Numbered from the stretch's first letter, positions 1 through 13,688 are shown. The stretch: 64,000 nt of DNA from Eledone cirrhosa (GCA_964016885.1 OZ024763.1:6634001-6698000), one strand, 5' to 3'. The notes: a model not told the origin generated them from the sequence alone. A program made the numbers and translations.

Positions 1-25
1 GAAGGAGAAAGTTGACCCAAGTGAA

Positions 26-185
26 TTACTGGTACTTTATTTTATCGACCCCGTAAGGGGGGAAGGTAAAGGTAACCTTGGCGGGATTTGAACTCAGAAC
101 GTAAAGGGCCGTAACTCTATGCTGTAAACATGGCATCTGACGTCTACCAATTCTGGCAATCAACCGCCTTAATTGTAAAGATTAA

Positions 186-248
<63 letters not shown>

Positions 249-428
249 GTGTGTGTGTCTGCCGTGCTGAGACCCCAGTACACTGCTGGTACTTTATTTT
301 ATCGACCTCTGTAAGGATGAAGAGCAAAGATAACTTCGGTGGGACTTGAACTCAGAATATAAAGGGACGTAACTCTATGCTGTGAAGCATGTTGTCCGGC
401 GCTCTACCGATGCTGCCAATCTACCGCC
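26..428 (-). mobile_element. Two tRNA-derived SINE copies (26-168 and 272-428)
   Basis: B-box GAGTTCAAATCC on the minus strand and the shared body gcctttcatccttacggggtcgataaaataaagtaccag. Confidence 0.85.
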
Positions 429-707
429 CTAATAATAATAGTAAAATAACAACAGCAACCACAACAACAACAACAATAACAACAACCAGCAACAATAACA
501 ACAACCAGCAACAATAACAACAAACAGCAACAATAACAACAACAACAATATCAACAACTAGCAACAACAACAATAACAGTGTATACAAAAACACAATAAC
601 AGTCCACAACAGAGCCAGACCTTCACCAGCGGGGGCCCGAGACTATATGAAACCTGAGGCCCTTCTCTAAAGAAATTTATAATTAGTAGTTTTTATATTA
701 ATATGAA

Positions 708-970
708 ATTGGCAGAGGCGTTAGAGCGTCAGATAGAATGTTTTGTGGTATAGGTTCACTTCACGGATCTTTCTATTCTCGGTGTTCAAATCCCGCTCAG
801 GTCAACTCTGCTTTTCATCAAGACATGGGTATCACCCCGAGGCCGTGGTATGTGATATTTACCCAATATATAACCACATTGGTTGAACTGAGTTCAAATC
901 TTGCCGAGGTTAACTTTGCTTTTCATCCTTTCGAGGTTGATAAAAAAAAGAACCAGTCTAGTACTGGGGT
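708..970 (+). mobile_element. Interrupted SINE copy
   Basis: A-box tggcagaggcgttag, B-box gttcaaatcc; interrupted at ~818-880 by a ~64-bp repeat unit. Confidence 0.7.
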
Positions 971-1545
971 CGTTTCTTCCTCTCTCTAGAAGAAATCTGC
1001 TGTACTCAGGCCTGCAGAGGGATCGGCTCCGTCAGGCTTAAAATGTCCAAGAAACGCTGTATGTCAATACGCTGTCCCTACGACTATATCAAGAGTTATG
1101 GGACCATATATCACAGCAGTGGTATAAGACAGGGGTATCACCCTGAGGCTGGGATAAGTGATATTTACCCAAGATATGACAGCAGTGGTGTAAGACAGAG
1201 GTATTACCGGAGGCCGTGGTAGACTTATCCAAGATACCACAGCAGTGGTATAGAACCTAGGACCTAGTGATAACCAAGCTAACCACGTAACTAAACTGTG
1301 TCCCCCGAATACAGCTGCTGTATCAACAGCTGAATTTTCGATTTGCACCTCGATAATTAGATTTACATAACGATAATTAACTCGGCAATTACATTGTAAT
1401 TACTTTGATAATTTAAATTAATGAACAGTACATATATCAGACAATAAATACTGTTAGTTATATTAACTGTTTTGGTAGCAAACTATGTGATAACATCTCC
1501 AGTTCCATGATACAACTCCCTGGTTCTCTTTCTCTATATATATGA

Positions 1546-2133
1546 TAATAATTGTTTCTACTTTAGGCACAAGGCCAGCAATTACCCCAGTGTATTACTG
1601 GTACTTTATTTTATCGACCCTGTAAGGATGAAAGGCAAAGTTAACCTCGGCGGGATTTGAACTCAGATCATAAAGGGCCGTAACTCTATGCTGCAAAGCA
1701 TGGCGTCCGACCCTCTACCGATACTGTCAATATAATAATACAAGGACGATTTGTTATGTCCTCCCTCATTACGTTTATTGATTGGTATATATATATATTC
1801 CAGAGTCAGGCCAGATCGATACAGATCGAACCTTGAGCTGATCAATAGCGAAACGCCTGTCACCAATCAATAAACGTAATGAAGGCATAACAAATCGTCC
1901 TTGTATTATATATATATAAGGGCGGTGCCCGAGCATGGCTTCAGCTGGATGGCTGGAACAGGTAAAAGAGTAAAAGAGTATATAAAATAATTGTTTCTAA
2001 TTTTTTGGCACAAGGCCAGCAATTACTCAGTACATTACTGGTACTTTATTTTATCAACCACGTAAGGATGAAAGGCAAAGTTAACCTCGGCGGGATTTGA
2101 ACTCAGACCGTAAAGGGACGTAACTCTATGCTG
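1546..2133 (-). mobile_element. Two SINE copies (1546-1729 and 1988-2133)
   Basis: Same consensus, with the 3' tail tagaaacaattatt. Confidence 0.85.
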
Positions 2134-2202
2134 GAATGAACTCTCTATCTACACCGGTTTTTATTGTTCAAACACACACATGCACATGACTTCCTATTGT
2201 TA

Positions 2203-2234
<32 letters not shown>

Positions 2235-2290
2235 ACCCCTCTCTCTCTCCCTCTCTCTCTCTCCCCTATCTCCTCTCTCATCTCTCTCCC

Positions 2291-2322
<32 letters not shown>

Positions 2323-2325
2323 CTT

Positions 2326-2361
<36 letters not shown>

Positions 2362-2385
2362 GCTCTCTTTCTCTCTCGCTCTCTT

Positions 2386-2427
<42 letters not shown>

Positions 2428-2589
2428 CCTATATATATATATATATATTTCTTTAGTAAAGATGGCTACAACAGTTCTAAATCACTCCTGGAAACTAGGT
2501 GTGGTTGGTTTGCTATCAGTCGAGAATATATTGTCCATCATTTTTATATTTACGGTGGGGTTGGGCGGGGGGGGGCGGGGGTGGCTTAG

Positions 2590-3490
2590 ATAACGATACA
2601 ACACCAACATCTGTACTACCACTTCTACTATCATCAACAAGACAATACCACTACCACCACCACCACCACCACCACTACCACCGCCATCAACAACACCAAT
2701 ATCACCACCACTACCACCACCAGCACCACCAATATCACTACCTCCAATACCACCACCATCAACAACACCAATATCATAACCGCCGCCGCCACCACCACCA
2801 CTAAGAACAGCAACACCACCACCAACAGCACTACCACTCCTAACACCACCACCACCACCACCACCACCACCACCACCAACATCACTAATGTCGCCACCAC
2901 CAACACAACCACCATCAACACCACCACCACCAACACAACTACCACCATCATCACCACCACCAATATCACCACCATCACCACCACCACCACTACAACCACC
3001 ATCAACACAACCACCACCAATATCAACACCACCATAATCACCACCAATATCACCACTATCATCACCACCACCACCACTACAACCACCATCAACACCATCA
3101 ACAATACCATCACCACCACAACTACCACCAACACCATCAACACCACTATAACCACCATCACCATCAACACCACTACAATCACCAACACCATCAACACCAC
3201 CACCACCACCATCAACATCAACACCACTATAACCACCATCACCATCAACACCACCACCACCACCATCAACATCAACACCACCACCACCACCATCAACATC
3301 AACACCACTACAACCACCAACACCATCAACACCAACACCACCACCATCAACATCAACACCACTACCACCATCATCACCATCAACACCACTACAACCATCA
3401 TCAGCATCAACACCACCACCATCAACATCAACACCACCACCCTCCACGACTACACCACCACCACCACCACTACCACCATTAACAACAACA
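2590..3490. repeat. Trinucleotide low-complexity tract (CAC/CAT/CAA); similar tracts at 10688-11000, 11080-11870, 27370-27720, 35950-36640, 43350-44125 and 56850-58380
   Basis: Direct inspection. Confidence 0.95.
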
Positions 3491-3954
3491 ACAACAATAA
3501 ACAAATACAAAAAAAAGGGTAGATGGGGTGAGTGGGGGAGTGACATTTTGTTGTCAATGTGTAGTAATGGCGGATAGGAAGTTAGCAAGAACGCCGTAAA
3601 AGATAAGTCACGCGCATGCGCATATCTATATACTACCGATATCTGTAAGACGATATTGGTAGAGCCACAAAAGTTATTTGTGTGTGTGTTGTGTGTTGTA
3701 CGCGCGCGCGCGCGCGCGCGTGTGTGTGTGTGTCTGTGTGTGTTGTGTGTTGTATGTGTGTGTGTGTGTCTGTGTGTGTGTGTGTGTGTGTGTCTGTGTG
3801 TGTTGTGTGTTGTGTGTTGTACGTGTGTGTGTGTGTGTCTGTCTGTGTGTTGTATGTGTGTGTTTGTGTGTGTTGTGTATGGGGTGTGTGTGTGTCAGTT
3901 TTCTATTCTGCTCTGTGTATGTATGTATGTATGTATGTATGCATGTATGTATGC

Positions 3955-3985
<31 letters not shown>

Positions 3986-4051
3986 TGTATGTATGTATGT
4001 ATGTATGCATATGTATGTATGTATGTATGCATGTATTTGTATGTATGTATG

Positions 4052-6660
4052 TTTTCTCTTTCTCTTAATTTTGAGTATATTTTTTTGACCGGCCACCTTC
4101 CTGGTGGCAAGGTTGTAAAAGAAAAGAAATTGTCATCCCTTGAATCGCAAGAATGTTTTGCAAATTTTGAAGGTGCCAGCTATCGCAGCCATTTGTAGAC
4201 TATGAATTAGGGAGCTGCGCTTTTTGTCCGCAAATCTAAGTTCAGTCATACTTTGGTCCAAGCGGGTTGGTATATAACCCGTAGCACCAATAATGATGGG
4301 TATGAAGCTAAAGGTGTATCTTGGATACTGGATTTGTAAACTCCTCATCAATGGTCCGTAGATGTCCTCCTTCTCCTGTATTTTTCTGACAACGTTTACA
4401 TCAAGTGGGCAGCTGATCTCCACAACAGAACACGTTTTCAATGTGTGGTCCCAAACTACAATATCAGGCCGGTTGTGCTTTAATCTGGTGGCAGTTTTTA
4501 TTTTCAGGTTCCACCAGTATTCCTTAGTGCCATCTGTCTCAATATATTCTTCCTCGTTTGTTGTTAATTTTGTTTTCCGAAGTGCGTTCCAGATGGTTCT
4601 AGCTATCCCATCGTGTCTCATGGGGAGGTAGTAGCGAGATGACATTCTTTCGCAGCTGGCAACAATGTGGCTTACATCCTCGATCTTTGTTTTACATAGC
4701 CTACATTTATTGTCAGCTGCTGGCCCTCCTCTTTTGTGCAGCAGATATTTGGTAGGGAGTTCTTGTTCCTGTATTGCATAGAGATATCCCTCAAGGTGTG
4801 ATGTCATAAACTTGTCGGAACTCCATGCCAGGCTTTTTGAGTGGTTTATCCCCTCTATGGTCTGTGTTTTACGCCTCAAGTATCCATGCACAACTTTTTC
4901 TGTAAATTGGTCAATTTTTTTTTCTTGTTTGAACATTGAATAGGATCTTCCGATTTCTCTGGGTGAGAGATTTATATCGGGCTTTATTCCATATCTCTCC
5001 TCCAGATCAGTCGCTATTCTAATGATATTTCTTTTTTCATGGTCATAAACCTGGGCAAGATGGTTGCCAACCTTTTTCCTCTGTTGAAGGTGTTGCTTCA
5101 GTGTCACTATCCGGGTCTCATATGTTGTTAATATTGATTTTAGACCCCGGCCACCTTCCTTGCGTGAGAAGTATAGCCTATCCACATCACCATTGATGTT
5201 AAAGTTCCCAGTAACACTGAGAAGTTTTCGAGTTCTAACATCCATCTCACTTAGTTCTTGCAATGACCAGTTCAGTAGGCCAAATGTTGGCGTTAGAATT
5301 GGCACAGCATAAGTATTGTGGGCAATGTATTTGTTGTAAGCTGACAGTTCTGATGACCATATTTTCTTTACTCTTCTGAGGTATTCAGTTCTGGTTTTCT
5401 CCTTATTTATGGGTCCATCATATCTGACATTCTCATCCTGCCCAAGATATCTGTAGTTGTCACCTGACTGCAGAGGTTGTATTGTCAGGCCGTTCATCTC
5501 TAGATTTCTAGAGGAGGGCACAGCTCTTCCACGTTTTACTGCCAAATATGCACACTTGGACTCACCAAATTTCATTTTGATGTCGGTTGAAAATTGTGTA
5601 ATGAGGTCCAATTGTTTCTTGATGTCATTGATATTTGGCCCATACAACTTCAGGTCATCAACAAAGAAAAGATGGGAGATACTTCTGGTCCCACTTCTTT
5701 GTCGACCTTGTTTCCTGAGTAGGTAAGATAGTGGATTCAGTGAGAGAACGAAGAGTAGCACCGACAAGCTATCACCCTGAAAGATGCCCTTCTGGTAATG
5801 TATCTTATCAGTCCTAACCTGCTCCTTCTCACCTCTAAGGATCAAACTGGTGTACCAGTTCTTGGTCAGGCGTTCAACAGCAGCTACCAATGGTTGTGGG
5901 ACTTTAGCTAACTGTAAAGCTTTAACAATCCACCCATGAGGTACACTATCAAATGCTTTTTGATAGTCCAGCCACACGACAGTCAGGTTTCTGCGATTCT
6001 TTGTTGTTTTTTCCTGAATCATTTTGTTAGTTAGTAGGTGATCTATGCAACCCCACACCTCCCTCTTTCCACCAGCTTGCTCAGGTGTTATGATGTTGTT
6101 GGTAGCACAGTGATCCTGTAAGAACAGGTTAAGGCACCCAGTATATAATTTATACATGATGTTTTAGCAGGCAATTGGGCGGTAATTTTTAGCAAGGGTG
6201 GTTTGGCTATTTTTGGGAATGAGGAGAGTAGAGGCAGTTGATAACCATCTGGGCAGTTCTTGTGTGCCCTTAATGGTTTCTGTAAACAGCCGTATGAGAT
6301 CTTGCCGATAGAAAGTGAAATTCTTCAAGCAGTATCCTGTAATGAGGTCTGGGCCTGGCGATTTCCTATTCGACATTTTCTGTAGAGCTGTTTCCAGTAT
6401 TGACCCATCTATGTCATATTGTTTTGTCTGGACATGTTGGCAGTAGTCCTGTTCCAGTTCTTTTAGCCAATTAGCTTGTCTGTTGAATCCGTCATCCGTT
6501 TCCCATACAGATCTCCAGTAGCTCTCAACCTGTTCTTTTGAAGGGGTGTCATTTACAGAGATTGAGCTTTTGCCACCGAAGCTGCGATAAACTGATTTAG
6601 GATCTCTGGCAAACAATCTATTTAGCACTTGTCGTTTATGTGCTGTTGACTTATATTTTG
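4052..6660 (-). mobile_element. R4/Dong-like non-LTR retrotransposon (RT plus restriction-like endonuclease), 5'-truncated, inserted in (CATA)n
   Basis: RT motifs NYRPIAC, LDYQKAFDSV, GIFQGDSLS, FVDD, YRYLG; CCHC knuckle CRLC..HIVASC; REL motifs RHD, RPDIVVWD, EISCP, KEDIY. Flanked on both sides by (TATG)n. Confidence 0.92.
4133..6660 (-). pseudogene. Dong-like RT-REL ORF with a single in-frame stop (TAA at 6164-6166)
   Basis: ORFs 6164..6913 and 4133..6157 are in the same frame (NYRPIAC*NIMYKL). The part above 6660 is microsatellite or unrelated sequence. Confidence 0.85.
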
Positions 6661-6766
6661 TATGTATGTATGTATGTATGTATGTATGTATGTATGTATG
6701 TATGTATGTATGTATGTATGTATGTATGTATGTATGTATGCATATGTATGTATGTATGTATGTATG

Positions 6767-6798
<32 letters not shown>

Positions 6799-6805
6799 TG
6801 TATGT

Positions 6806-7396
6806 GCTACTGGTAACATGTATCCCAGTACAACCTGTCTCATGGTCGGGTCGTTGGCGACTAAACTGGCAACCCCACCAAGGTTTCTTGGTGAGGAGGG
6901 TGACTTTGGACATCCTGCAGGACTAAAAACAAAACCTGTCAAAGGGCAAAGGAGCTCTTAAGAGTCAATGGCCATCCAAAATCACTGGGAGAGATGACCC
7001 CTTAGCCTTTGTCAAGGCAGAATTCTAGGAGAAGGAAAACTCTGATATAACACCTGCAATCCTGATGGTATCCAATGATGTTGACTTGTTCTTCTTTTTG
7101 GTAAATATCATCTTGGTTAAGAGAGTGGGACTGGCTTTGTGCAGTGCCTTTGCTCACTATAAAAACTTCATGGCACAGGCATTGCTTTGTATCTGGAGAT
7201 CTCTCTGCACTTGTCATCACATGGTACCATGGGCCCAGCACTATGTGTCAATAATTGTCACAAGTGTAGTGTTTGTACCAGAGTTTTCAAGTCGCTGGCT
7301 GGACTAAAAAGTCACATTCGTTCAGCGCATCGGTAGGGGTTCTTCTGCATGGATATAAAGTAGTGGCCGTACTCGAAAACGAGTTGGCAGCCACCA
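6806..7396 (+). mobile_element. RTE-derived non-autonomous element (RTE-like 5'UTR joined to a 3' end with a C2H2 finger)
   Basis: RTE-like UTR motif ctaggagaaggaaaactctga. 7265-7336 encodes CSVCTRVFKSLAGLKSHIRSAHR*. 3' stem-loop ACTCG-AAAA-CGAGT, then (TGTA)n. Confidence 0.7.
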
Positions 7397-7410
7397 TGTA
7401 TGCATGTATT

Positions 7411-7442
<32 letters not shown>

Positions 7443-7959
7443 TGTATGTATGTATGTATGTATGTATGTATGTATATGTATGTATGTATGCATGTATTTG
7501 TATATATGTATGTATGTATGCATATGTATGTATGTATGTATGTATGCATATGTGTATGTATGTATGTATGCATGTATGCATGCATGTGTATGTATGCATA
7601 TGTATGCATATGTATGTTTTGTATGTATGCATATATGTATGTATGCATATGTATGTATATAAATATACGTATATATTTTTATATATGTATATCTATGTTT
7701 ATATGTATGTATATATGTATACATGTATGTATCTATGCATATATATTTATATATATATATATAGATATACGTATATGTTTATATGTATATGTATGTATGT
7801 GTGTATATATAAATGCATATGCGTATATATCTAAATATATGTATGTATGTATGTATATATGTAAGTATGTATGCATATGTATGTATATATGTATATGTAT
7901 GCATATGTAAATATGTATATGAATGTATGTGCGTATATATCTAAATATATGTATGTATG

Positions 7960-8112
7960 TTTCGTCTTAATTTTGAGTTTACGTTTGACCGGGCACCTTC
8001 CCGGTGGCAAGGTTGTAAAGAAAAGGACATTGTCGTCGTCTGTTTTGCAATCGTTCTTCCTTTGAATTGTAAGAATGTTTTACAGATTTTGAGGGTTCCA
8101 GGTATCGTGGCC
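7960..8112 (-). mobile_element. Dong-like 3' end fragment
   Basis: Similar to 4052-4190, including the 3'UTR hairpin; abuts a (TATG)-type repeat. Confidence 0.75.
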
Positions 8113-8343
8113 CTCAGTTCTGTGAGCAGGTATGAGAGTGGGCTTTATTAGAGGACGAAAAACAGCAGTGACAAACTAGTCTTCTAAGAAACCTATAAGT
8201 GAAAGGTTTACTAATTCGTACATCCACTGAAGAGCAATAGAATTGGTAAATCCCTTCACTTGTTACGAAACAGTTTTACCAACGACTGTCTGGATGTGTG
8301 ATAGTTGTCACCATTCGGTTTGTACTATTTCTTTGCGGTGGAT

Positions 8344-8832
8344 TGGCAGTATCGGTAGAGGGTCGGACGCCATGCTTTCCAGCATAGTTACGTCCCTTTA
8401 CGATCTGAGTTCAAATCCCGCCGAGGTTGACTTTGCCTTTCATCCTTACGGGGGTCGATAAAATAAAGTACCAGTAATGCACTGGGTAATTTGCTGGCCT
8501 TGTGCCTAAAGTAGAAACAATTATTAACATCATAATTAAATTTACAATTGTTTCATCCTCGTGGGACTCATCGGAATCAATCATTATATAAATAATTGTT
8601 TCTACGTTAGACACAAGGCCAGCAATTTACCAGTGTATTACTGGTACTTTATTTTATCGACCCCGTAAGGATGAAAGGCAAAGTTAACCTCGGCGGGATT
8701 TGAACTCAGAATGGCAAGGGCCATTCTGAGTTCAAATCATTATATAAATAATTACCTTACGGGGTCGATAAAATAAAGTACCAGTAATGCACTGGGTAAT
8801 TGCTGGCCTTGTGCCAAACGTAGAAACAATTA
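8344..8832. mobile_element. SINE cluster: + 8344-8524, - 8590-8724, + fragment 8756-8832
   Basis: Same consensus in alternating orientation. Confidence 0.85.
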
Positions 8833-8925
8833 TATAAATAATTACCTCAACAAATGCATCTTCGAACGGATTTTTTGTGCGTTCGTAAATATAAACTTGT
8901 TGAGGTATTTATTTATATAATGATT

Positions 8926-8965
8926 GATTCTGATAAATCCTATGAGGATGAAACAATTGTAAATT
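8926..8965 (+). ncRNA. Minimal hammerhead with one core mutation; inverted sister copy at 8538-8579(-)
   Basis: GATT-CTGATAA-ATCC..GGAT-GAAAC AATT GTA-AATT. The sister copy reads CCGATGA-GTCC..GGAT, so the consensus core is canonical. Confidence 0.6.
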
Positions 8966-9159
8966 AAATTATGATGTAAATAAGTGTTTGGTAACATATT
9001 TTAATGGAATAATTTAACACAGTAGGAGGTCATATGATTTAAAAAGAAATTGTATTAACTGTGTGTACAGTTTGTTATAATGAATTACCGTGTTTTGAGC
9101 TAATATAACTTTTCACCTACACCTTTCCAGTATCTCTATTTGAGAACGAATTTCTTTAC

Positions 9160-9212
<53 letters not shown>

Positions 9213-9320
9213 CATACCACCACCCCACTCTCCAGAGCGTGAAATTAATAAACATTCGTTGTACTGCCTCTCTGTTTTGTTCCTGTTCAAATTTTCCATT
9301 ATATATATATATATACATAC

Positions 9321-9370
<50 letters not shown>

Positions 9371-9706
9371 CCTCCACTCGCTAAATCTGGCCCCTTCAGC
9401 CAGTGTTGGAAATAACAACTTCTAAACCATAAATATGTTTACATGAAATCCATACCACTGACATAAGTAAAAATATCAACACTATTACCACCACCAACAC
9501 CACCACCACCACCCACCATTACCACCACCACCCACCATTACCACCCACCATTACCACCACCACCACCGCCCACCATTACCACCACCCACCATCACCACCA
9601 CCACCAGCCACACTACCACCATACCTCTACAACAACAATTACAAGAATAATGAAATTCTTAGGGTGACTGAAGAACAGCTGTAAAATAGATAAACCCTTT
9701 TCTTCT

Positions 9707-9779
<73 letters not shown>

Positions 9780-9809
9780 CATATATATACATGTGTAGAT
9801 ATATATATG

Positions 9810-9872
<63 letters not shown>

Positions 9873-9879
9873 GTGTATA

Positions 9880-9920
<41 letters not shown>

Positions 9921-10068
9921 GTATATATATATGTATATATATATATATGTATATATATATGTATATATATATATGTATGTATATATATATATGTATGTAT
10001 ATATATATATATGTATATATATATATGTATGTATATATATATGTATATATGTATATGTATATGTATAT

Positions 10069-10158
<90 letters not shown>

Positions 10159-10377
10159 GTAAATATATATATATAAGTGTATGTAAATATATATGTATAT
10201 ATCTATGTATGTATATATATGTATATATATGTATATATATATGTGTGTATATGTATATACATGTGTGTGTATATATTTATATATATGTATGTGTGTGAGT
10301 GTATATACAATGTTAATATGGTGTTATAAGGAAAAAACAACGGAAGTAAACACAGCAATTTTGGTAAACGATTTTCT

Positions 10378-10422
<45 letters not shown>

Positions 10423-10578
10423 TAGTATGTATGTATGTTAGTATGTATGTATGTATGTATACTACACATATGTATATATATGTGTGTATACATACACATA
10501 TATATATACATATGTGTAGATATATATATATGTATGAATGTATGTATGTATGTATGTATGTATGTTGGTATGTATGTA

Positions 10579-10626
<48 letters not shown>

Positions 10627-11266
10627 TTATGTGTGTGAGTCTCTCTGTGTGTGTGTAGAATAAACAATGTGACGGCGGGAAGCGATGTTTTCTTCTTCTT
10701 CTTCTTCTTCTTCTTCTTCTTCTTCTTCTTCTTTTTCTTTTTCTTTTTCTTTTTCTTTTTCTTTTTCTTCTTCTTCTTCTTCTTCTTCTTTCTTTTCTTC
10801 TTCTTTTTCTTCTTCTTTTTCTTCTTCTTTTTCTTCTTTTTCTTCTTTTTCTTCTTTTTCTTCTTTTTCTTCTTCTTCTTTTTCTTCTTCTTTTTCTTCT
10901 TCTTTTTCTTCTTCTTTTTCTTCTTCTTTTTCTTCTTTTTCTTCTTTTTCTTCTTTTTCTTTTTCTTCTTCTTTTTCTTCTTCTTCTTCTTCTTCTTCTT
11001 TATCTCCCACCCCCACCCCACCCCCCTGGTACAAGTTACTGATGTGATTGTCCACTTTTAATGAAGGAAGTATCTTCAACCCACCACTACTACCACCACT
11101 ACTACTACTGCTACTACTACCAACAACACTACCACTACTACTACTACTACTACTACCACCAACACTACCACTACTACTACTACTACTACTACCACCAACA
11201 CTACTACTACTGCTACTACTACCACCAACACTACCACTACTACTACTACTACTACTACCACCAACA

Positions 11267-11308
<42 letters not shown>

Positions 11309-11311
11309 ACA

Positions 11312-11347
<36 letters not shown>

Positions 11348-11380
11348 ACACTACTACTACTGCTACTACTACCACCAACA

Positions 11381-11419
<39 letters not shown>

Positions 11420-11834
11420 ACACTACTACTACTGCTACTACTACCACCAACACTATCACTACTACTACTACTACTACTACCACCAACACTACTACTACTG
11501 CTACTACTACCACCAACACTACCACTACTACTGCTACTACTACCACCAACACTACTACTACCACTACTACTACTACTGCTACTACCACCACCAACACTAC
11601 CACTACTACTACTACTACTACTACCACCAACACTACTGCTACTACTACCACCAACACTACTACTACTACTACCACTATTACTACTACTACTACTACTACT
11701 ACCACCAACACTACTACTACTACTGCTACTACTACCACCAACACTACTACTACCACCACTACTACTACTGCTACTACCACCACCAACACTACTACTACCA
11801 CCACTACTACTACTGCTACTACTACCACCAACAC

Positions 11835-11871
<37 letters not shown>

Positions 11872-11965
11872 GCCATTAGTATCACCATCATCGTAACCAC
11901 AGCCACCACCACCACCACCACCACCTCCAGCTCTCCCCAAACAGTTACAAGAATACTCGAACAAA

Positions 11966-12004
<39 letters not shown>

Positions 12005-12270
12005 ACACCCCTGATCTCTTTTCTTCTCGAGTGAGGACCACTTCTGAGCGAAGGACAACAGGAAGAAGCGCTTGTAAGATGAAATATGAAGGTCGTTCTA
12101 GCTATGGTGGTGGTGGTGGTGGTGTTGGTGGTGGTGGTGGTGGTATCAGTGGTGGTGGTGGTGGTGTGGTGGTATCAGTGGTGGTGGTGGTGGTGGTGGT
12201 GGTGGTGGTGGTGGTGGTGATGGTAGCTGTTGTTCTTAGAATACAAGATAATGTCTTGCTATGTCTGTGT

Positions 12271-13272
12271 AGGTGCATAGCTAAGTGGTTTACACTCAAG
12301 AGGTTGTCAGTTCGGTTCTCGGACCGGGCTCTGTGTTGTGTTCTTGAGCAAGACACTCTATTTCACGTTGTTCCAGTTCACTCAGCTGTAGAAATGTGTT
12401 GTGACGTCACTGGGGCCAAGCTGTATCAGCCATTGCCTTCCCTTGGACAACATCATATATAGTGTATATATAGAGTATAGAGTGTTTGTATAGAGTATAT
12501 ATATATATATATATATATAGTGTATATATAGAGTATAGAGTGTTTGTATAGAGTATATAGTGTATATATAGAGTATATAGTGTATATATATAGTACATAG
12601 TATATATATAGAGTATATAGTGTATATATAGAGTGTTTATATAGAGTATATAGTGTTTATATAGAGTATATAGTGTATATATAGAGTACATAGTATATAT
12701 ATAGAGTATATAGTGTATATATAGAGTGTTTATATAGAGTATATAGTGTTTATATAGAGTATATAGTGTATATATAGAGTACATAGTATATATATAGAGT
12801 ATATAGTGTATATATAGAGTGTTTATATAGAGTATATAGTGTTTATATAGAGTATATAGTGTATATATAGAGTACATAGTGTATATATAGAGTACATAGT
12901 GTATATATAGAGTATATAGTGTATATATAGAGTACATAGTGTATATATAGAGTATATAGTGTATATATATAGTGTATATATAGAGTATATAGTGTATATA
13001 TAGAGTACATAGTGTATATATAGAGTATATAGTGTATATATAGAGTACATAGTGTATATATAGAGTATATAGTATATGTTGTGACGTCACTGGTGCCAAG
13101 CTGTGTTGGCCATTACCTCCCTTGGACATCATTGGTGGCGTGGAGAGTAGAGGCTTGTATGTATGGGTGACTGCTGGTCTTCCACAAACAACCTTGCCTG
13201 GACTTGTCCCTCGGAGGAGAACTAGGTACAGACCCCATGGTCATTCGTGATTGAGGGGTCTTTTTACCCCTT
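12271..13272 (+). mobile_element. Second SINE family, split by a minisatellite (12456-13075)
   Basis: tRNA-like head tagctaagtgg..gttcggttctc and core-like ttgagcaagacact; ~55 bp is repeated on each side of the array. Confidence 0.6.
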
Positions 13273-13317
13273 ATAGTCTCGTGAAATAGCAATAACAACA
13301 ATTACAACGATCCCACC

Positions 13318-13430
13318 ATAACTAGCCCAGTCCTGGATAGTTCTGTATTGTATCTTCCTCAATGACTCTCTGGAATATCTTGAGAGATCTTCCGCATTTG
13401 GGTTTCACATGAGTGGGCCTCCATAGCAAT
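13318..13430 (-). mobile_element. RTE-like LINE C-terminal fragment
   Basis: Encodes [22 protein letters not shown], resembling RTE ORF ends. Confidence 0.5.
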
Positions 13431-13497
13431 ATATAGAAACACTCACATACACACACACATATGTGTGTGTGTATATATATATATATATATACACATA

Positions 13498-13643
<146 letters not shown>

Positions 13644-13645
13644 TA

Positions 13646-13688
<43 letters not shown>

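Noticed and set aside
7310-7396. HDV-like fold on the minus strand as a Dong 5'UTR (GGTGGCT/GGCCACT, ACTCGTT/AACGAGT)
   Set aside because: P1.1 and L3 do not fit. The plus strand encodes an RTE-type C2H2 finger and 3' stem-loop, and the copies are truncated from the other end, so plus is the sense strand.
8344-8420. tRNA gene
   Set aside because: The A/B boxes belong to a multi-copy SINE head; no cloverleaf.
10627-12006. 459-aa Ser/Gly/Glu-rich ORF (and the Gly-rich ORF 2482-3588)
   Set aside because: Pure trinucleotide tracts that are open on both strands.
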